Positions 53,486 to 62,266 of a stretch of DNA of 64,000 bases are shown here, piece after piece (position 1 is the first letter of the stretch; every line of letters starts with the position of its first letter). The DNA comes from Actinomycetes bacterium. Lineage in GTDB: Bacteria; Actinomycetota; Acidimicrobiia; Acidimicrobiales; Microtrichaceae. The stretch lies in the NCBI GenBank assembly GCA_029782335.1, contig JAKOVA010000182.1:27221-91220 (forward strand), in the 5' to 3' direction. Both the position numbers and the translations under genes were made by a program. The notes below the pieces were generated by a model. That model saw only the letters and a program-made list of their open reading frames with translations, searched no databases and was not told the origin of the DNA.

Positions 53486-54148
53486 ATGACTGAAACGACC
53501 GACCTCCAACAGCGCGACGACAACGGTGCGTCCGTCGCCGTCGACTCCGGCCCGATCATCGACATCGTCCCCGCGGCCCTCGACACCGTGCTGGGTATCC
53601 GCGCGGATGAGGAGAATCCCGAGAGTCTCGGACTGCGGATCGAGATCACCGGAACCCGGGGCGTCGACTACATCTACGACCTCGCGTTCGACGAGCTCGC
53701 TAACGCCGCCGCCGATGACGTGATCGCCGAGATCGGAGCGCTCAGCGTCATCGTCCCCGCGGCGACGGTCGAGCATCTGCGGGGCGCCGTGCTCGATATG
53801 CCCACCGACCCCGACCAGGGCGGGCTCGTCATCCGCAACCCGAATCGGCCCGACCCCCTCGAGGGAGTCGAACTGAATCTCGAAGGTACGGTCGCCGAGC
53901 GGGTGCAACAGCTCCTCGAGCAGCAGATCAATCCCTCGCTCGCCGCGCACGGCGGGTTCGCCACCCTCATCGGCGTCGACGACGAGCAACGGGTGTTCAT
54001 CACCTTGGGTGGTGGTTGTCAGGGCTGCGCCATGAGCCGCATGACCATTACGCAGGGGATCGACCGGACCATCCGCAGCGCCATCCCCGAGGTGATCGAG
54101 ATCGTCGACGCCACCGACCACTCCTCAGGCGAGAACCCGTTCTACTGA
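53486..54148 (+). CDS. NfuA-like Fe-S cluster carrier (degenerate A-type N-domain plus Nfu C-domain)
   Basis: ORF 53390..54148 trimmed to ATG at 53486. C-terminal INPSLAAHGGFATLIGVDDEQRVFITLGGGCQGCAMS (CxxC Nfu motif). Confidence 0.8.
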   Translation: MTETTDLQQRDDNGASVAVDSGPIIDIVPAALDTVLGIRADEENPESLGLRIEITGTRGVDYIYDLAFDELANAAADDVIAEIGALSVIVPAATVEHLRGAVLDMPTDPDQGGLVIRNPNRPDPLEGVELNLEGTVAERVQQLLEQQINPSLAAHGGFATLIGVDDEQRVFITLGGGCQGCAMSRMTITQGIDRTIRSAIPEVIEIVDATDHSSGENPFY

Positions 54149-54195
54149 GCGTTGCCAGAAACGGCCGGTGCCGTCTGAATCAGCGACCGTCCGAA

Positions 54196-56055
54196 TCAGC
54201 GATCGGCGGCCGTGGAACGCTGCCAGGCGTGGACCTCGGCGATGATGCCGTCGGCGTCGAGTCCGAGCTGAGCGAGGATCGCCTCCGGCTTGCCGTGGGG
54301 GAGATACGCGGACGGGACCCCGAGGACCCGCACGGCCGGACCTCCGACGGGTGCGAGATCACGCAGCGAATCGGCGATCATCGAGCCAGCGCCGCCATCG
54401 CGTAGCCCGTCCTCGATCGTCACGACGAACTCGTGACGCGCGAGGTCGTGGAGCATGTCGATGTCCAGCGGCTTGATCACACGCGGATCCCACACCGTCA
54501 CCTCGACGCCCTCGTCACGCAGCCGCTCGGCGGTTTCGGATGCAGCGGCAAGCATCTTGCCGACGCCCACGAGACACACCGAGCCGTCGCCCTCGCGAAC
54601 CCGACGGGCGGCGAGGCCGGAGCCCACCGCCTCGGGGTCGGCCGTGGGCGGCATCGTCTTGGGGAAACGGATCAGTGCAGGGCCGTCGGTGCACAGATCG
54701 AGCGCATCCCCGAGCATCTGCGCCACTTCGCCGTACGACGACGGAGCGAAGACCGTCATGTCGGGGACCTTCGTGAACAGCACCATGTCGAGCACGCCGT
54801 GGTGAGTCGCTCCGTCGTCGCCGGTGATTCCGGCGCGGTCAGCCACGAACACCACCGGGAGCCGGTGGAGTCCGACGTCGAGGTTCACCTGGTCGATCGC
54901 CCGGGTCAGGAAGGTGGAGTAGACCGCCACGACGGGTCGGAGGCCGCCCATCGCCATGCCGGCAGCCGAGGTGACCGCGTGTTGCTCCGCGATGCCCACG
55001 TCGATCAGACGATCGGGGAACCGAGCACCGAAGGGCAGCAGGCCGGTGGAGTCGGGCATCGCTGCGGTGATCGCGACCACCTCGGGCCGCTTCGCGGCTT
55101 CCGCGACGATCGCTTCGGAGAACGCGGCGGTGTACGAACCCTCCTTGAGGACGGAGAGGTCGTGGAGGTTCTTGATCTCGTCCTCCATCGCGGGCGCATA
55201 GCCGCGGCCCTTCTGCGTGAGGACGTGAACCACGACCGGCCCGCCCATCTCGGCGGCGTTGCGAAGTGCCTGCTCGACGCCCGCGATGTCGTGGCCGTCG
55301 AGCGGACCGAGGTATCCGACGCCGAGATCCTCGAAGAACGCGGGCGGCTCGAACATGACCCGCAGGGCGGCTTTCGCACCGTCGAAGGTGCGTTCGAGAT
55401 AGGACCCCACCATCGGCACCTCGCTGAGGGCACGTTCGACTGCCGCCTGGCTGCGTCGGTATCGCGGATGGGCGCGGAGCCGCGAGAGGCTCTCGGAGAG
55501 ACGGGAGATCGTCGGGGCGTAGGACCGACCGTTGTCGTTGAGCACGACGACAACGTCACGACCCGAATGACCGAGGTTGTTGAGTCCCTCATACGCCAAG
55601 CCGCCGGTCATGGCGCCGTCGCCGATGACCGCCACGATCCGGTGTTGCGGTCCGCCGCGAAGGTGTTGTGCGGTGGCCAGACCGTGGGCGTAGGAGATGA
55701 TCGTCGACGCGTGGCTGTTTTCGACCCAGTCGTGAGGCGATTCGCTGCGCGACGGGTAACCGGACAACCCGCCCTGCTTGCGGATCGTGTGGAACGAGTC
55801 ACGTCGACCGGTCACGAGCTTGTGGACGTAGGACTGGTGGCCGGTGTCCCACAGGATCATGTCGTGGGGTGAGTCGAACGCACGGTGGATCGCGAGGGTC
55901 AACTCGACCGCACCCAGATTCGAGCCGAGGTGGCCGTTGCCGGAGCGATTGAGCTGATCGATGATCACCCCGCGGATCTCCTCGGCCAACTGGTCGAGCG
56001 CCGGGTAGTCGAGCCGGCGAAGGTCTGCCGGTGAGTTGATTCGATCAAGCAGCAT
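54196..56055 (-). CDS. dxs: 1-deoxy-D-xylulose-5-phosphate synthase
   Basis: 619-aa ORF. GHLGSNLGAVELTLAIH, WDTGHQSYVHKLVTGRR and GDGAMTGGLAYEGLNN (TPP-binding) motifs. Confidence 0.95.
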   Translation of the reverse strand: MLLDRINSPADLRRLDYPALDQLAEEIRGVIIDQLNRSGNGHLGSNLGAVELTLAIHRAFDSPHDMILWDTGHQSYVHKLVTGRRDSFHTIRKQGGLSGYPSRSESPHDWVENSHASTIISYAHGLATAQHLRGGPQHRIVAVIGDGAMTGGLAYEGLNNLGHSGRDVVVVLNDNGRSYAPTISRLSESLSRLRAHPRYRRSQAAVERALSEVPMVGSYLERTFDGAKAALRVMFEPPAFFEDLGVGYLGPLDGHDIAGVEQALRNAAEMGGPVVVHVLTQKGRGYAPAMEDEIKNLHDLSVLKEGSYTAAFSEAIVAEAAKRPEVVAITAAMPDSTGLLPFGARFPDRLIDVGIAEQHAVTSAAGMAMGGLRPVVAVYSTFLTRAIDQVNLDVGLHRLPVVFVADRAGITGDDGATHHGVLDMVLFTKVPDMTVFAPSSYGEVAQMLGDALDLCTDGPALIRFPKTMPPTADPEAVGSGLAARRVREGDGSVCLVGVGKMLAAASETAERLRDEGVEVTVWDPRVIKPLDIDMLHDLARHEFVVTIEDGLRDGGAGSMIADSLRDLAPVGGPAVRVLGVPSAYLPHGKPEAILAQLGLDADGIIAEVHAWQRSTAADR

Positions 56056-56067
56056 GTCGCCTCCAGA

Positions 56068-56883
56068 CTATTGACGTTCGCCGTTCCCTGTGCGCGGCGC
56101 GCTGGTCGGATCTGGCGAGGAATCGAGCGCTCGCCGCCGCCCCCCGAACGCGAACGCCGGCGCCCCGAGCGAGCTCGCGACGATCGTGATGACGTAGCCG
56201 ACGAGCCCAATCGCGACGGCGCGCTCGTCGACGACACCGAGCGCGCCGAAGAACAAGACGAAGCCACCTTCCCGAACGCCGAGGCCACCGAAGCCAACCG
56301 GCAGGTTCTGGGCGATCGCGGTGGGCGGGAAAAACGCGAGCGTCGCGACGAGGCCGACCTCGGGGACCCGCAGCGCGGTCGCGGTCAACAACACCGACAA
56401 GCACTGGGTGACCTGAAAGGCGATGCCCGCGGCGATCACACGCGCGACGCGACCAGGGTGACGGCGGATCGAGTCGATCCCCAGATGTACCGACCCGAGC
56501 CATCGCCGCCACCCGGTTGCCGTGGCGGCCGCAGTCGCCCATCGGCGTTGCGCCGCGATCACGATGATCGCGACGAGTCCCCCGAGGGCGACGAGATCCA
56601 CGGCGACCGCAACGGCGGTTGCGTGGCGCGGAAGGTGATGCAGCGACGGGGTTGCCGCGATGGTGAGCAGCGAGATCCCGGGGAGCACGAGCCAGCCGGT
56701 GAGTCGCTCCAGCGCGACCGACGCGAACGCGTCGGCCCGATCGCCGATCTGCCGACCGAGCCGTGAAATTCGCACGATGTCGCCGCCGATCGCGGCCGGG
56801 AGGATGTTGGAGACGAACTGGCCTGCGAGAAACTCCACGAAGAGCGTGCCGAAGCGGACCCGGTGACCCAACGCATCGAGCAC
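56068..56883 (-). CDS. UPF0104 / lysylphosphatidylglycerol-synthase-TM-region-like membrane protein (N-terminus probably extends upstream)
   Basis: GQFVSNILPAAIGGDIVRISRL and LPVGFGGLGVREGGF are family-typical. The frame stays open upstream of GTG 56883 and encodes a further TM segment, but has no in-frame ATG, GTG or TTG. The stop lies 12 nt before the dxs start. Confidence 0.7.
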   Translation of the reverse strand: MLDALGHRVRFGTLFVEFLAGQFVSNILPAAIGGDIVRISRLGRQIGDRADAFASVALERLTGWLVLPGISLLTIAATPSLHHLPRHATAVAVAVDLVALGGLVAIIVIAAQRRWATAAATATGWRRWLGSVHLGIDSIRRHPGRVARVIAAGIAFQVTQCLSVLLTATALRVPEVGLVATLAFFPPTAIAQNLPVGFGGLGVREGGFVLFFGALGVVDERAVAIGLVGYVITIVASSLGAPAFAFGGRRRALDSSPDPTSAPRTGNGERQ

Positions 56884-57122
56884 CTGCGACCACCGCAGTG
56901 CCTGGAACGCAAAGGCTGCGAAGAGGGTGGCGACGGCAGCGGCGAGCCAGGCGATAACGGTTCCGTCGAAGCGCGGAAAGAGCCTGTTGGCATCGAAGTC
57001 GGGGATCTGCCAAACGAGGAGCGCGAGGAGGGCGCAACTCAGCCCGATCCGACCGGCAAGGCGGAGGGCCGATCGACCGGCTGGCGCTGGTCGGTGCTCA
57101 GGGAGGCTCGGCGAGGTGGTAG

Positions 57123-58046
57123 GTGGCTCGGGGATGCGCCATTGTTGTCGTCGTGGACGACTCCTCGACGAACACGGTGCTGCGGAACACGATCGCCGCC
57201 TTCGATCCGACCGCCGGCCTCGCCGCCCGCCGAGTCGCCCTCGAGGAGGTCGAGGTCTCCGTGCTCGAGTCAGGCCACGGTGGACGTCCGTTGTTGTTGG
57301 TTCACGGGTTCACCGGCTCGAAGGAGGACTTCGGCGCCGAGGTGGTGCGGTTCGCCGAGCTCGGATTCCACGTCGTCGCGCCCGACCATCGAGGCCATGG
57401 CGCCAGCGATCAACCCGACGACGAGGCGGCCTACGGATTCGACATCTTCGCTGCCGATCTCATCGCCCTCGCGAACGTGCTCGGCTGGGAGCGATTCGAT
57501 GTTGTCGGTCACTCCATGGGCGGGATGATCGTCCAGCGGCTCGCATTGGTTCACCCCGAACGCATTGACCGCGTGGTGCTGATGGACACCCATCACGGGG
57601 CCGCCGGCGAGTTGGATCCCGACGTGGTCGAACTGGGAACCCAGCTCGCTCGGACACAGGGCCTCAGGGTGATCCACGAGATCCTGCGATCGGGCGCGGA
57701 TCCGTTGGCGAACCCGGCGTACCAGCGCCTCTGTGACACCGTCGAGGGGTACGAGGCGTGGTGCGATGCGAAGTTCCTCGCCTGTTCGCCGGCCATGTTC
57801 GCCACGATGCTGCGGACCTTTCACGAGACGGCAGATCGCCTCGAGGAGCTTCGGCTGATCGGTGCGCCGACGCTCGTTGTGGTGGGCGAACTCGACGAGC
57901 CGTTCCGGGCGGCTTCGGAGCGGATGGCAGCGACGATCCCCGACGCGCAACTGGTCGTGATCCCCGGTGGAGGTCACTGTCCCCAGTTCGAGGCCACCGA
58001 GGCGTGGCGTGCGGCCCTCGACGAGTTCCTCCTCGCCGACCGCTGA
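57123..58046 (+). CDS. alpha/beta hydrolase
   Basis: LLLVHGFTGSKEDF, nucleophile elbow GHSMGG, and C-terminal GGGHCPQ. Start is uncertain: GTG at 57123 or the downstream GTG near 57151. Confidence 0.85.
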   Translation: MARGCAIVVVVDDSSTNTVLRNTIAAFDPTAGLAARRVALEEVEVSVLESGHGGRPLLLVHGFTGSKEDFGAEVVRFAELGFHVVAPDHRGHGASDQPDDEAAYGFDIFAADLIALANVLGWERFDVVGHSMGGMIVQRLALVHPERIDRVVLMDTHHGAAGELDPDVVELGTQLARTQGLRVIHEILRSGADPLANPAYQRLCDTVEGYEAWCDAKFLACSPAMFATMLRTFHETADRLEELRLIGAPTLVVVGELDEPFRAASERMAATIPDAQLVVIPGGGHCPQFEATEAWRAALDEFLLADR

Positions 58047-58050
58047 CCTC

Positions 58051-58110
58051 CCGACCGCACCCCTCCCGACCGCACCCCTCCCGACCGCACCCCTCCCGAC
58101 CGCACCCCTC
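58051..58110. repeat. 15-bp tandem repeat x4 (CCGACCGCACCCCTC)
   Basis: Four perfect copies, read directly. They start 5 nt after the hydrolase stop. Confidence 0.95.
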
Positions 58111-58162
58111 CCGAACTTTGGGTCCTCCGTCCCGAATTCGGCACGCTCGACCCAAAGTTCGG
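58111..58162. terminator. perfect 14-bp inverted repeat CCGAACTTTGGGTC...GACCCAAAGTTCGG with a nested CCGAATTCGG palindrome (bidirectional terminator / REP-like element)
   Basis: Read directly. Lies between the convergent hydrolase (+) and ABC permease (-) genes. The 24-nt loop contains a 10-bp palindrome at 58132-58141. Confidence 0.55.
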
Positions 58163-58193
58163 ATTTGGGGCTGGCTTCGGAGAGGGGGGCTGG

Positions 58194-61007
58194 TCAGCCG
58201 ACGTCGCGGAGCGCGACCGCTGGGCGGATCCGTGCCGCGCGTGCCGCCGGTACCACCGTGGCAGCGAGCGCCGCAAGCAGCGGGATGATCGCAAGGGCGA
58301 GCACGGTCGCCCACGGCACGCGGAACTCGACGGCAGCATCGGAGAACGCGCCTGAGCGGACGACGACCAGCCATGCGGTGAGCAGCCCCAGCGAGAGCCC
58401 GATGAGGATCGCCTGCGCCGTGATGAAGGTCGATTCGAGCAGGAACGCCGCTCGAATGGTGCGAACGGAAGTCCCCATCGCTCGGAGCATGCCGATCTGG
58501 CGGCGACGCTCTCGGACCGCCCGGACCATCACCACACCGAGCCCGGCCAGGCCGATCACGAGACCGAAGCCGAGGTACGCCTGCATCAGACCGATGAACC
58601 CGGTCGTCTCGGACAGGCGATCGCGGACCAGCGCCGGAAATGTTCGAGCCGAGACACCGTTGTCGACGAAGGTCGCCGAGAGGCGACGGGCAACCATCGT
58701 CGCGGGCTCATGCGGCTTCAACCGGACGAAGAGTCGGTTCTCGACGGCGGCTGGAGCGAGGAACGAACGTGCGGTCGTTGCCCCGACCAGGGAGCCGTGA
58801 AAGGCGTAGTCGGAGCGCAGCACCCCGATCACGCGGAATGTCCGTCGCTCCCCGGCACGGTTTCGGGCGGCCACCCGATCGCCGACGCGTGGCTGCTCCG
58901 ACGCCGGAGCGGACCCTGACTGAAGAAACTCGGCGTCGACGACGATCGCGTTCGGGTCGCGGGTGAGCTCCCGGAAGACCTCCCGATCGCCGGCGAAGCC
59001 GCGAGCGCGGGCGAGCAGCGTCGGTGCGCCAGAGCGGATGAAGGAGTCGTCGACCCCAGTCATCGCCCAGCGGGTCGGCTCAGGCTGGTAGCGGTTCGTG
59101 AACTCGGCCGAGCCCCGGACCAGCCCGACGGCCTCGGCGACCTCGGGGCGTGCCCTGAGGGTCGCGGCACTCAGCGGGTTTGACGGGTTGGAATCGACGA
59201 TGAGGTCGAATCCGGCGCTGATGTCGCGAGCGCCGCTGGTGGCACTCCCGGCGAGGATCGACGCGAACGCTCCGAGGAACGCCATCGTGAAGATCACGAG
59301 GCTGAACATCGCGAGGAGCAGCCCGGTGCGGAACCGCCGGGCCAGCGGTGAGGACAGGGCCAGGTGAACCGAGACACCCCGACCCCGGGTGGTCAGATGG
59401 CGGACCAATCTCGCCCAAATGCGATCGAGGTGGGTGGCGTGCACGACCGCAGCGGCGACGAGAATCAACCCCATCTCCACAAAGACCCCGATCGACGGTC
59501 GGGACATCTGATCGGGGAACAGGGGGAACACGGCGAGGCACCAGCCCACGACGAGCGTCGCGGCCGTCGTGACGACCAGGCGGGTCGAGAACCGACGAGC
59601 CAACACGACGTTGAGCGACCACATCGTCACGACGGGTCCACCGAGAAGGAGCCACCCTGTCGCGGTTGCCCATCCGATCGCGAACGCGCCGATCCCCATC
59701 ACGGCGCCGAAGACGGCGACGACGGTGGCCCATCGTCGGCGTCGGGGTCGCGGCGGGTCCGGGAGATCACGGATCGCTGCGATCACGTTGAACCGTGCGA
59801 GCCGACCGCTCGTGGCCGCGACGGTGAGCGCGGAGATCCCCGCGCCGATCGCTGCAGCGGCCAGCAGGCTCGGTGTCCGGAGCGTCAACGAGAGCGTGAA
59901 GGGATCATCAGGGTCCCGCAGGATCCGGTTCGCCCCGGCGACCACGAGTTGGCCAACGGCGATACCGACGCCCAACCCGGCGGTCGCTGAGGACACGGCG
60001 TAGACGAGTCCCTCGATGCAGAACGACCGCCAGACCATCGCGCGTCGCAGTCCGATCGCCCGGAACACTCCCAGCTCCCGCTTTCGCTCCTCAGCGAGCA
60101 TGACCACCAGGTTCACCAACAGGAGCACGCCCGCCGTCACCGAGAATCCACCGATCGCGCTGAAGAGCGTGCGGAGGTTGCCCCCGGTGCGCTCGGCGTT
60201 GTCGAGGGTGGTCGCCTTGGCCGATTGAACTTCGGCGTCGAAGTCGCGCGTCGCACGTCGAAGCTGCCGGACGACGTCCGCCGAGTAGCGCGCCGAATCC
60301 TCGAGGCCACCGTCGTTGGAGACGAAGACCACGCCACTTGGAGCGAGCGCGGCGTCGGTCGGCGCGCGGGGCGCGGCGTCCAACTCCAGAATCGTTCCGG
60401 ACGGCACGAGCGCCGCGCAGTGGCCGGCGACCCCGACGCGAGGGACGACGCGCGCGACCCGGAGTGTGCTCGACGTGCCGTAGGCGTGGATCGTGATGGA
60501 GTCCCCGGGCGCCACCTCGAGTCGACGGGCGACGTCGTCGCGGACGTAGAGCGTGCCGGGATCGGGTTGATGGCGGATCGTTGCGAAGCCAGTGAGGTCC
60601 GGGTCGCGGCCGAATCGCCGGACCGCCGCCGGCTCGACCTCCATCACGCACGCATTGGGTTCCGCGATCGCCGCATCGCCGCGACGACCGTTGGAGAGCA
60701 CCACGCCGGCTATCTGCGCGGGGAGCAGGCCGTCGACATGCGCGATCGACGTGTGTGCGAGGCGGTCCTCGAGCTGCCCGACCCGGCGACCCAGCTCTGC
60801 CGCCGACGCACGTACTCGGACGATCTCGTCGATCGGTCCCAACTCGGCTCGGGCGATGTTGCGGATGGAGCCGTCGAAGCTGTCGCCGACGACGAATGCC
60901 GCAACGATGACGGCGGTTCCGAGGAGCGACCCGATCACCACGAGCGCAGCCTCCACCGGGCGGCGAGCGATGTTTCGGGCGGCCAGGCGCGTCGCGAGAC
61001 CGGTCAT
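58194..61007 (-). CDS. ABC transporter permease with two FtsX-type domains (MacB/YbbP-like)
   Basis: ORF 58194..61100 trimmed to ATG at 61007 (MTGLATRLAARNIARRP). Two blocks of four TM helices, each preceded by a large extracytoplasmic domain. C-terminal RAARIRPAVALRDV is typical of FtsX permeases. Confidence 0.85.
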   Translation of the reverse strand: MTGLATRLAARNIARRPVEAALVVIGSLLGTAVIVAAFVVGDSFDGSIRNIARAELGPIDEIVRVRASAAELGRRVGQLEDRLAHTSIAHVDGLLPAQIAGVVLSNGRRGDAAIAEPNACVMEVEPAAVRRFGRDPDLTGFATIRHQPDPGTLYVRDDVARRLEVAPGDSITIHAYGTSSTLRVARVVPRVGVAGHCAALVPSGTILELDAAPRAPTDAALAPSGVVFVSNDGGLEDSARYSADVVRQLRRATRDFDAEVQSAKATTLDNAERTGGNLRTLFSAIGGFSVTAGVLLLVNLVVMLAEERKRELGVFRAIGLRRAMVWRSFCIEGLVYAVSSATAGLGVGIAVGQLVVAGANRILRDPDDPFTLSLTLRTPSLLAAAAIGAGISALTVAATSGRLARFNVIAAIRDLPDPPRPRRRRWATVVAVFGAVMGIGAFAIGWATATGWLLLGGPVVTMWSLNVVLARRFSTRLVVTTAATLVVGWCLAVFPLFPDQMSRPSIGVFVEMGLILVAAAVVHATHLDRIWARLVRHLTTRGRGVSVHLALSSPLARRFRTGLLLAMFSLVIFTMAFLGAFASILAGSATSGARDISAGFDLIVDSNPSNPLSAATLRARPEVAEAVGLVRGSAEFTNRYQPEPTRWAMTGVDDSFIRSGAPTLLARARGFAGDREVFRELTRDPNAIVVDAEFLQSGSAPASEQPRVGDRVAARNRAGERRTFRVIGVLRSDYAFHGSLVGATTARSFLAPAAVENRLFVRLKPHEPATMVARRLSATFVDNGVSARTFPALVRDRLSETTGFIGLMQAYLGFGLVIGLAGLGVVMVRAVRERRRQIGMLRAMGTSVRTIRAAFLLESTFITAQAILIGLSLGLLTAWLVVVRSGAFSDAAVEFRVPWATVLALAIIPLLAALAATVVPAARAARIRPAVALRDVG

Positions 61008-61029
61008 CGCGGGGGTGCCGTCGGGATGT

Positions 61030-61731
61030 TCACGGTCGTGGCGGGCCGTCGTAGTCGACGCGGCCGTCGTGCACCTCGACGAGTCGCTGCCCGGAGGCAC
61101 CGATGTCGCGGTCGTGGGTGACGATCACCAGCGCCTGGCCGTCCGCGTTGACCTCGTGCAGCACGTCGAGGATGTCCTGCGCCGTGTGCGAGTCGAGGTT
61201 GCCGGTCGGTTCGTCCGCCCAGACGATCGCGGGGCGGGTCACCAACGCACGTGCGATTGCCACGCGTTGCTGTTCGCCACCGGAGAGCTCCGCCGGCCGG
61301 TGATCGCGTCGATGCCCGAGGCCGACCCGCGCGAGCAACGCCTCCGCTCGCGCACGAATGTTGCGATCGGATTCGCCGGCCAGCAGCAGGGGCAACTCGA
61401 CGTTCTCCACGGCGCTGAACACGGGAATGAGGTTGAAGGCCTGGAAGATGAAACCCATGCGGCGGGCCCGATGCTCGGTCCGTTCCCGGTCGGACAGCGC
61501 GTGAATATCGAGGCCGTCGATCTCGACGGTCCCCGAATCGATGTCGTCGAGGCCGGAGAGGCAGTTGAGCAGGGTCGTCTTCCCATTCCCCGACGGCCCC
61601 ATCACCATCACGAGCTCGCCGGCTCCGAGGTCGAAGTCGATGCCGCGCAGTGCGACGGTTTCGGTTGCGCCGCTGCGGTAGGTCTTGCGGACACCCCTCG
61701 CCGAGAGGAGCGGAGCGGCGCTGACGGTCAT
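61030..61731 (-). CDS. ABC transporter ATP-binding protein (MacB/LolD type)
   Basis: [24 protein letters not shown] and [11 protein letters not shown] motifs. Confidence 0.9.
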   Translation of the reverse strand: MTVSAAPLLSARGVRKTYRSGATETVALRGIDFDLGAGELVMVMGPSGNGKTTLLNCLSGLDDIDSGTVEIDGLDIHALSDRERTEHRARRMGFIFQAFNLIPVFSAVENVELPLLLAGESDRNIRARAEALLARVGLGHRRDHRPAELSGGEQQRVAIARALVTRPAIVWADEPTGNLDSHTAQDILDVLHEVNADGQALVIVTHDRDIGASGQRLVEVHDGRVDYDGPPRP

Positions 61732-61768
61732 CGGCCGATTCTCGTCAGGAAGCGGCGACCTCGACCGG

Positions 61769-62146
61769 TCACCTCGCCTTCTCGAGGAACCGTTCCGTCT
61801 CGACGAGGATTCGGGTGACCTTTCCCGCAGCGATCAAGCCCCGCTCGTCGCGTGCGGAGACCGAGAAGATGAGGCGTCGCCCCTCGATCTTCTCGAGCGT
61901 GGCCTCGGCCGCCACGCGGTGGCCCACCGCGGTTGGCGAGATGTGTTCCACCTGGACGCGGACCCCGACCGAAGTCATCCCCTCGTCGAGGCGGTCGGTG
62001 AGGGCGATCACCGTGGCTTCCTCGAACATGCCGATGAGTCGAGGTGTGGCGAGCGTCGGAACGCTGCCCGAACGCAACGCGATCGCTGTGTCGGCGTCGG
62101 AGACCTCGATCGCGACGTTGCCGGTGATCCCGGCTTTCAGGCGCAT
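61769..62146 (-). CDS. hotdog-fold thioesterase (FlK-like thioesterase family)
   Basis: Only the last 125 codons of ORF 61769..63634 are used, from ATG at 62146 (MRLKAGITG...). TSVGVRVQVEHISPTAVGHRVAAEATLEKIEGRRLIFSVSARDE matches this small thioesterase family as I recall it. Confidence 0.7.
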   Translation of the reverse strand: MRLKAGITGNVAIEVSDADTAIALRSGSVPTLATPRLIGMFEEATVIALTDRLDEGMTSVGVRVQVEHISPTAVGHRVAAEATLEKIEGRRLIFSVSARDERGLIAAGKVTRILVETERFLEKAR

Positions 62147-62266
62147 CGGCCAAACGATACGGCCGACTCGTGTGCCGCTCCACACGATCTTGTTGCGCGC
62201 CGGGCAGGTGGCGGTCGCGGCGTACCCTGCAGCGATCCGAACGTGCGGACCGAACGAGGAGCGCCG

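Noticed and set aside
54171-54202. 16-bp direct repeat x2 (CCGTC(T/C)GAATCAGCGA) at the dxs 3' end
   Set aside because: There are only two short imperfect copies, one overlapping the dxs stop. This is too little to call an element, although it shares a GAATC core with the panD repeats.
57967-58800. ORFs translating the 15-bp repeat (TAPLP x4 on plus, GGVRS x4 on minus)
   Set aside because: They overlap the hydrolase 3' end and the ABC permease 3' end out of frame. The repeat lies in the convergent intergenic gap.
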